From Perna viridis (taxonomy: Eukaryota), in contig CM074511.1 in NCBI GenBank assembly GCA_037379345.1, forward strand, positions 51,528,862 to 51,592,861: DNA of 64,000 nt, read 5' to 3'. Below the pieces are notes generated by a model. The model was given only the letters and a program-made list of their open reading frames with translations. It was not told the origin of the DNA and searched no databases. Position 1 is the first letter of the stretch, and every line of letters begins with the position of its first letter. Shown here piece after piece: positions 54,901-64,000 of the stretch. Made by a program: the position numbers and the translations under genes.

Positions 54901-57900
54901 ATTTTTATTGTTTTCAACCCTTTTCACTGCCGTATGAACATGGTCATTAAATTATTAACACTTCAATTAAAACACATCAGGAAAGACCAGCCTATTTACA
55001 GACAAACTAAAACCAAGAAAGATGTCTACATCAGGTGCAATGAAAAAAAAGACAAAAAAATATAAACCAACCACAACATGTAGGTTAAAAAGTTGCTGAT
55101 CCAGGGGGTGGGATGTTCAAGGTGTTGGAAAATTGCCTTTTGGAAAATTTTGTTCATATCATGCGAATGTTTAAACAAATAGTACAAATAGCCTGAAACC
55201 CCCTTTGTTATAGACCCTTTTCAAAATCTAGGGATCCGCACCCGTAAAGTACACACCTTGCTCCCCAATTGCATTGTACAAGTCTCCAGTCTCCATCTAT
55301 AAGGACAGCATTCCAAGTATTCTGGAAACTTTCTGGTTCTATCCTCATTCCTGGTTCATATCCTACACTTTTTGAATGACCTTTTATTTCCTTACAATGT
55401 AGACCAGCATAGCTATAAAAGTAAGTGATAATGTTATCAGATATGGTGTCAGGAAATTTAAAAGTATACTTGAAAGTGAACAGAATGAGCATTTAAAAAA
55501 AGTAGAAATGTACAAACTCTTACACGATACACCATCTTTTACTAATATATTTCCTTCTTGTATTAAATTACCAATATTGTACCTTGATGGACCTTTAAGA
55601 GAAATACATGCTTAACGTATCAGATAATTTAGTTACCTGCAAAGTCTCAAAAAGAGAACATGATAGGTTTCTGTTCCAAATTTAATGCCCTTCAGTAATC
55701 CAAGTGGTGTGTTTGAATCAATCGCTTCTTCAAACTCCATTATATTCAAATCTTTAACAGTAATCCATCTGTAAATTGCCCTGGAAAAAAATAAATACTA
55801 CTCATACCCTAGTTCTTCCGAGGCTGAACTCTATATTTAAGTAGCAGTTTTTGTAAGAATCATGCAAAATCTGAAGGAAAAAAAATGTGATACACCCCAA
55901 AAAAGGCTACACATTTTTATTTTTTTTAAATTAAGTTGTTTTATGGGTCTATATTGTGAAACGTGTTATTATTTATTCATATTTGCCTGCTCTTAGGAGA
56001 TAATCAAATTGAAAATCAAATAGATTCTATTGTATTTGAGTGTCATTTACAGAGTTATCTCCCTTAATTTTGAAATCTACAGTGCATTCTATATAATTTT
56101 TATCTCCTATGAACATGGGTTATATGAAAAAAACACATTTTGCTTTCTGTCCATTATGACATTTAAAAAAAATATATCAAAAATAAAAATATGTAGGCTT
56201 TCCAACCATGAATCACCTTTCGCATGATTTTATGTGGAGTGCTACTTAAATAATAATTGTAATTTAAAAACTGAATGACAATCAGTATGGTTATAGAAAA
56301 AACGGCGAACTTTCTTCGGTCCCATTATAAAAGAGATAGTAAGTTTTGTATTATTGCTATGTGTTGCAAATACTGTGCACAAATAAGACAACGGTAGATT
56401 TGAACTACAAATATCATACTTAAAAGACAAAATCGCAAGCGAAATCAAGAAAACGATATCCAGAACTCAATTATTTCAAGGAAAAACTTGGACTATACTA
56501 GTAAAAAAATAGTATCAATATACAATATTTTAAAATAAGCTTGCGGATGAACCATTTTTAAGCATCTAAATTCCACAAAAAGAAACAATGGAACAAAGCC
56601 AGCCGAGATGCCATTCGTTTCTTATGATATGAAAAAAGAAGAGGATGAGAAAATGGTGATCTTTTAAACTATTTTAAAATTCTAAATAAAAAAAATAGTT
56701 TATATTACCTAGCCTTATCTATTTCGTTTGGAAGATTACCAGTAAGTTTTTGCATCATGTCGGTATATGTCAAATGGTCATCTTTGGCCACCTGAAATAA
56801 TAAAAAAAAGTTTCATTAATACTCCAGTATATTCATACAAGAATATCTATGTAGACACATAATTTTAACATATACTATAAAAAGCCATATCCTCAAAAAC
56901 GTGAAACGCATTCATACTGCCAATTCAGTTAAAAATATATCATCACGAACTATAGAGTCTGATATTACACCAGAAAGCAGAGCACAAATAATGCAGGAAT
57001 TACCTTTATGACTTGGTCGTCGATGTCTTTAAAGACACTGGCATCAGCAAAGAGGTCTTTCTTCCTACAACTTGGTGGATGAGGAGGAGGTAGTTCTGTT
57101 GTAATAGTTTCAAGGTTTAATGCCTCCAAAACATCGTCTATAACATCAGGTTCTGGCATTCCACCGTTTGTACTCGGCTGAAAAGGACATGCTTTTTTTA
57201 TTGTTTTCTTGAAACCCAAAATTAATCATTGATCCATTATAAATCAAAAGTCAACCATTTCGTAAAATTTGATAAAATTTCTTAGTGATAAAAATGAAAA
57301 CATTGATCTTTTTTTTTCAAAGTGTCAAATTGAAATGCTAGCAGATATCAACACAAGACCAACTGTCTCTATGGAAACCTACCAGTTCCTGAGCCATTTC
57401 CTGTTTGATTTCTTCCTGTTTATCTGCAAGTAGCTGCAACATCTGCTGACTTTGTTTTGCCACAAGTGTTGCCATTTTTCTTTGTTCTTTTTCACGTATT
57501 CTTAAAGTCATATATTCCTTCTTTTGTGCTGCTTTCTTCTCTATCATGCTTCCAAGCTCTTGCTTTTGCTTTTCAAAGTGAATGGTCATTTGCTAAAAAA
57601 ATACATATAACGTGTTACTTTAAAAAAAAAAGCATTGTAATAGGTGCAGTATATGTTTAGCTGTACATGTATTAGTTACATTTATAAAGCACAAAATTTC
57701 TACTGAACTTAAGACTTTCGATGCCAGCTAACCAAACCATGAAGCAAACCCTCAATGGTAAAGGAGACGACTAGATCTGTTCTTCAGCATTCAAATCTTA
57801 TAAACAGGTCCTTAGTTATCATGGGTCAAGATTAATCTAACTGGAGAAACCAAATTTTCTACATAACAAAATGTTTACTTTCACAAAATATCAGAAAGCG

Positions 57901-60900
57901 AGAAGAGCTAAATCGAGGCGTAAAATCATCATGGGGAAACAAGTCAGCGAAAACCTGAGCAAACAAGGTATACCTTTTATACGGGTGTGGGCAAATTATC
58001 TTGAACCTGAATGTTTACTTTCGCATAATAAGAAGTGAGCACGTTTCGTTTAAAAGGGAAACCGATTAACACTGTTCTGTTGTCATTTAGACTATTTTTG
58101 ATTACGCATGGTTAGCAAACAGAGGAAAAAAGAACCTGTCTACACTTCAAAGAATCCAAGGCTTTCAACTACGCCTAGAAAATATGTCAAACATATTTGC
58201 TGAGATTTGCTGAGTATTTTAATGTGTTACATCCATATGTAGGATATGCATGCTTCGTGTGGTCTATTAGCACATAAAAAGAATACCAAGGAAATGTTTC
58301 TTTATTTACAGTAATGCTATCTAAATAGATATCATTTTGCTTGAACTAGAGGGTACCTTGGAGCTTATCTGTATTGTTGTTAATTGAATTCCAGTGGAAC
58401 CCGGATACACCACAAAACTGTCTATATTAGTAAAAGGAGGTCCTATCGTAGGAATTAAGACAAGGTGAAAAGTAGACAAATAGATTCTCACGGTCCTGTT
58501 TGGTTTATGATTTATTTGGTATTTTTTTCCAGCATTAGATCTTCTAATCATATCATTGTTGAGTATTTTTTCTTTGTTCTTAATTTCATACCTTTTTCTC
58601 GGAATCTCTGAGCTTTTTATTTTTTTTGTCCATTTCTCTATCGAATTTCTCAGTAAGTTCTTTAAGTTTGATTTCCCATTCTTGCTTTATTTCATTCTTT
58701 ATCTTTTCGTTTTCCTCTGATCTTTTTTTCATCATTTCATCTATAACAGCGTCTTCTTCCTTTCTTAACTGTTCTTCTAATTTCTTTTGTGCATCAATCA
58801 GCCTCTGACGCTTTTGATACTGTGGATAAAAAGACGACGTTACCAGCAATAAAAACTATTTTAAGCACAAAAATTCTATATTATTTCATTTGGGTGTGTC
58901 CAATATTTCTTTCAATAAGATAAAATGTTATCTTTTTAAGTTTAGTTTGTTTGTTGTTGTCGAATCATTTCGGGAATACTGGCATTCATATATTATACAG
59001 TCAAGCTGATACAAGAAGCTCATTAGAGCCCCATGATGAATGTTCTCAGTCACTACTATGTTTAAACAGGCTCTTCTTGGTAGAACAAATGTATAGTTGA
59101 ACACTATAACTTCATTCATGCACCGCTATTTGTTATTCCCAAATGTTGGTGTTTTAAAGTTTTTGTCATTACATATCTTGAATTTAAGAGAACGTTGGTA
59201 GTTCTGTGGGATATGCAGTGACAGACAATCTACAAATCTGACTGTGTATCCCCATAGGTATTTTACTACATTGTTAAGGTTATGAATAATGATCGTTTCT
59301 ATAATGATGCTCAGTATTATGTATGCAGCTACCGATCTCCGCATGGAATTTCTTATCCACAAAATATTTGAATCGTACAAGGACAAATTTTAACATGTAT
59401 TTTTTGTCTGTTTCGACATCTTATGTCATACACCTACTCAGACAAACAAACCAGGGTTTAATATTGTATAAAGTAGGTACAATCTTATAGAATATAATCT
59501 TTTGTATATGACCACTCATTCATTTGATCCTACTTATAGACTAAGCCGCCCACCAGTGCATGACAAACACTTTGGGTTACACATAAGCAAAAATTAATTC
59601 AAAACACATCTTAAATTCTTGGTCAAACGTCAAAATTCTGTCAATTATGAAAGCCTACAAAAATATCATACACATACAAATTGATGAATGATTTTGTAAT
59701 CATGTACTCTTTCAATTACAATTCTGTTATTCATTGCAAAAGTTTTCAAAATAAGAAAATACATGTTCATTAGACATCAGTTTGGTTTTTTTAAGATGAA
59801 ACATTCAAACACGAACCAAATGTAGCGTATTAAACACAGTGAGTGACACTAAGTTAGAGTGAGATGGAGTCACAGCTGGTAACAACACTGCCAGGAGGTG
59901 GGATAGATATAGACGTGATCTCCAAATACTAGTACACAACAAAGAAGGCTAGGGTAACTGACATCCCCGTGGGATTGTTGTCTCTTTGACATACTCACCA
60001 ATTTCGTTCTCCTTATATAATATATTTTCAAAATTAAATTTATATGAAAGCTTGCATACTAAAGGACCTTCAATTTTACTTTAATTGTTAATTATGAGTA
60101 GTCTCTCCTCCGGCAATGTTTTACTGATGAAGTTGTCACGACCGGCTTCTTACTATATTGGAATATATAAACGTCTGCATTTAAATGATCTAAATCAACA
60201 GTTGCACTGAATGGCGATGGTACTGGAAATTGTCATGTATTTTATGTTTTTTTCCTTCGTTTTATGTCAGATGTTGATCTATCAGTTTACTTTAAGTATG
60301 TACTTCCAGTACTATAGACCATATGTACCTTGATTGCTTGCTCTTAATGAGACCTTAATTTAAAAATAAAATTCATATGCTTTTTCATGCGGGCTATCCA
60401 AGCATCTAATTCAATTTTGACAAAAGATTAGAAATATATACAAAATGATTTGTATGTATATAATGTGCAATTCGTGAGTGTAATTCAGTCTTATCCGCGG
60501 TTAATATGGTAATTCTTTTAAATTCATCATCTTATGGCTCTTTATCAATGTCACTTGAGTGATCACCGTATCGAAAAAACCTGGTTGAAATTAAACCTTC
60601 CTTTCAAAAAATTCAAAAGGAGATTTATGGGTCTGATTTAATACATTGTGCCAATAATATCCCGATGATTTTTTGTTGAAAACGAGTTTGCAGACATTTA
60701 TTTAAATCTTCTGATATAATAGGCAGAGTGGCCGTGTGGAATTCAATAACTTTAAAGGTCTTACTATCCAAGGACAGAAGTTACTGTCAACATGTGGTGA
60801 ATTAGTGGGTAGTCTTTGAAAAGGAGACAATAACCATTTGATTAGCACTGATTTATATACGGAAATATTTGTTGATGGGTCCTTTAGTGTTCCTATCTAA

Positions 60901-62757
60901 CAGGTGGCAGGCGTTAAATAGTAGAAACCGAAACATTTAGAGCAACAGACACTACAATCCTAACATAATAAAATAAATATTCTAAAGGACCTATGAAAAC
61001 TACACAAAGTAGAATGTATATTGCACGTGGTCCATTTTTACTTATAGAGGCAATTGTCTGAATTCTTTAGAATAGTCAAAAACGGCAAAAAAGAAGAACG
61101 CATAGTTCGGATTAAAAACGCTTGATTATTGGGGTGCTTTGAGACTAAAGACACCCTTAATTGGATTTGAAATTCTATAGAATGGCTTCCAGGAAAATTG
61201 CACAAATCACTTTCGTCAAGAACAGACAGATTCTTAAACATACAGGGCCATGGTTTTATGTAAACTCTTAATTTGCATCTATGCTGAACAATTTGTCACA
61301 GAATAGAGCAGATATGTACATGACATCTTAATTCTAGTACATGTATTTATAAATTAACCACTAAGCAGACAGACACTTGCTAATTCGCTAGCCACTTGCT
61401 ACATAGCGTTACAGTTGTTTTATTCAAAACAACGCGTTTGAGTATATGCATGCAGTGATTGAACACTAAATAGCAAAAAGACGAAGGGTTGTACTGTTGG
61501 CTAATGTGCATGCAAACTGTATAAATATTACACCAATGATTATTAATATTTAAAAATCAATTCGTTTTACAATGCAGGCATATTGAAAAAATAACATCTT
61601 TACTGAAGTATGTCGTCAACAGTTCTGTATGAAATATATGTGAAGTTTATTTGCATTTTTATTGATTTGAATCATAAAATAAATACAGCATGTAGAATAG
61701 TCATCAAATTTCACGAATGGATGGGCAGTTGATTCGATTTAGAAAACAGATACAGCCTTTAAATGGCCCATTTTTGACATCACATATGTTTATATGCTAG
61801 GTGAAACCTCACCAAAGGATAAACTGTTTCGTATCTTTAAGATTGGTCGGATAAAGCTTTTAGTGGTACATGTATATTAAGGATTGAAAGCATACGAAGT
61901 TAGTATTTTTACTGACTAGGCGACTCGCAAGAAGTCCAAGCCTATCACTAGTAAGTTTAGATCAGAGACATATCAGAGACGCACACATGTCATTATTGGT
62001 TAAGAATAATGTCAGGAAAATTCTTACTTAAAATGAAACGATACAATTCATTAATCTATTATCAACACCATTTTACGCGGTTAATCATCATTTTGGGTGA
62101 TCTACTTTTTTAATTATGTGTTAATATTCTGTTCAAACCCCGTAAATGCCTGCTACTGAACGTGATACTTACAATATTAGGTGGGAAATGATGTTTATCA
62201 TGCGGCGTTTGATGTCCTCTAGTCAGTAGCTGAGCATCTATAGCACCTTTGATATGTAAAGCATTAGCGTCAATGTTCGACGATGGTTCCTTTGTTGAAG
62301 ACTTCGAAGACTGAACTTTAGGGGCTGACACAGCGGTTTTGATGGCCAATGCTTCATAGTTAAAGCTAGGATTTCTAATTGTCCCTGGTTTTCTTATCTG
62401 TGGATTTAGTTTCTTGGACAACTTTTTGAAGTTTTCTTGACTATCCACTGCCTGCTTTATTCCAAGTGCGTTCTTATCATATTTTGCCGTACCAACTCTA
62501 GGAACATGAGCATTGCAGTATATTTCCCTGTCAGAAGCATCCACTGGGTTGGAATAGTAATTTTTTATGTTTAGATGTGTATCACAAACAGCACATTTGA
62601 AACAGGCTTTGTGGAAAAGAACTTCGTGTACAGGACCCATCTTCTCCATTTGGTACACGGAGCCCTTGCACCTGTAACATGATTTCGAGTCCAATATCGG
62701 TGCCTGGAACAGGGAAGACAGTCTTCTGCACCCTCTCTCTTCTGATGTTGTACCCAT
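51974..62757 (-). CDS. Hillarin-like protein (N-terminal LIM, coiled coil, transglutaminase-like KY/Cyk3-type domain), ~1092 aa; exons 62173-62757, 58592-58819, 57383-57592, 57004-57177, 56709-56791, 55637-55780, 55257-55412, 51974-53672
   Basis: LIM domain CYRC...FHKACFKCAVC...IYCNAH. KY/hillarin motifs ARAIYRWITVKDLN, GTETYHVLFLRLCSYAGLHC.EIKGHSK, NTWNAVLIDGDWRLVQCNWGARHL, YDEHYFLTDPDEFI.EFWP...WQLL and FENLPFVRSVFF. Eight GT-AG exons sum to 3279 nt in frame. Confidence 0.9.
55841..56245. mobile_element. ~400-bp TTAA-flanked MITE, copy 2 (Kolobok/piggyBac-type target)
   Basis: TTAA|GTAGCA...TGCTAC|TTAA with ~30-bp imperfect TIRs; homologous to 35356-35750. Confidence 0.75.
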
Positions 62758-63819
62758 TGTTTATATCACTGGCACCAAACACGAGAATTATATAATCCTA
62801 ATCATTAATTGACTCGAACAATTCATCCAATAAAGGTACAAGTTACAGGTGTTGTTCAGGACAACTACTAACCATGTATAAACTTGTAGGCACTATTTGT
62901 TTCTTTCCTTCCTTCTTCCTTCATTAATACCCATTACAATAATTAGAATATTCATTAACACGACAATTATATCCAACATCCGAACACAGAACCATGATAA
63001 ATAACAATGAATTCTACCTGTACATGTTTGACAGGTAAGAAGTCATCAAAGCGTGTCGTTTTTCGGTCGATAACACAAACCTACTTGTGTAAACAAAAAA
63101 TCCTATGCCTATAATGGAAGTATACGTACTGATGTTTACTTTCAATTAAATTACATTTTCCATGTGATTCCACCTTTCATGGTCATTATGTTTCAATGAA
63201 CAAACAATAAATATTGTAGCGGACATGCTACTATGGATATTCTGGAATCCGATCAAATCATATCACTGTCAAGATCATCACGCCCTCTGAAAATACGCAT
63301 GAATTCCACGGTTAAAATTCAGAGAAAAAATATAAAAATGGAAATAATTCTGCGTTATCACATCTGGTCGTTAGAAAGAAATGAAAATGCAGATTTTGTA
63401 TGAATAACGAGGTTGTATCACCGTAACAGAACAATTCTTCACTAACACCACCAAGACATTCCAAGAGAGATTAGATGTTAAGTGCCTTGTTGTGTCGTTT
63501 CGTTGGAGATATAAGACCTTTGTTAAGTCTAATGGGACGAAGAATCTCATTCTAAACGGTCACTAAGCCCATTGACATGATTGGCTCTTCCGTACTTCTG
63601 GTTAAATTTAGGAAATAAACCGAAAAAATTAATGCGGGTCACATTGAGTAAAATCAACCTACGATTCATCACTTATTAACTGATATGTCAGTTAAAATCT
63701 TGTCCATTTGTGTAATGTATAACCAGTTTCTAACCTTCTGTTTAAACAAGGGACTCAGACCTTTTTGAATTGATTTTTAGATGTGTTTAATTGTGTAATA
63801 TGTTTTCCAGAGTGGTCAG

Positions 63820-63900
63820 ATTTAAAAGGGGGTGTGATCACGCCAAAGAACTTAAACCTGCCGCATTTTGTGCCTGTTCCGAGTCAGGAATTTCTGACTA
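63820..63900 (+). mobile_element. Fragment of a common molluscan SINE (similar pieces at ~47600-47670 and ~49850-49915)
   Basis: Shared motif (G)TGCCTGTxCCxAGTCAGGA preceded by TAAAxC. Confidence 0.4.
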
Positions 63901-64000
63901 ATTTATGTATTGTTTCGTTTCGCTTTCAGTTTACTTTTATGTTGCTGGAATATCTTCTGTTCCTACTGTATCTCGGTATTGCTAGAAATAGAACATAGAA

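Noticed and set aside
55090-55245. Small hAT-like MITE (GCxGATCC...GGATCCGC) beside a hillarin exon
   Set aside because: The ends are too degenerate and there is no TSD.

Overview
AT-rich eukaryotic genomic DNA, most likely a bivalve mollusc (Mytilus-like). That assignment is inferred from the repeat families and gene set, not proven. Five intron-containing genes can be rebuilt exon by exon from GT-AG sites and reading phase: the 5' part of VCP/p97 (-), LEPROT/Vps55 (+), BABAM1/MERIT40 (-), TMEM259/membralin (+) and a hillarin-like LIM + pseudo-transglutaminase gene (-). VCP/LEPROT and BABAM1/TMEM259 form two head-to-head pairs. Introns and intergenic DNA hold many non-autonomous elements: Helentron/HINE-like families, Penelope-like RT relics, MITEs with readable TSDs, and a young retroposon with a predicted 5' pseudoknot. 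The most notable unexplained structure is a 2.67-kb element in the first coding intron of TMEM259. It has CAC...GTG ends, ~500-bp TIRs and a 5-bp TSD (Transib/RAG-like signature) and sits inside a nest of other insertions. No CRISPR array, tRNA or rRNA was seen. All family assignments come from motif recognition without database searches.
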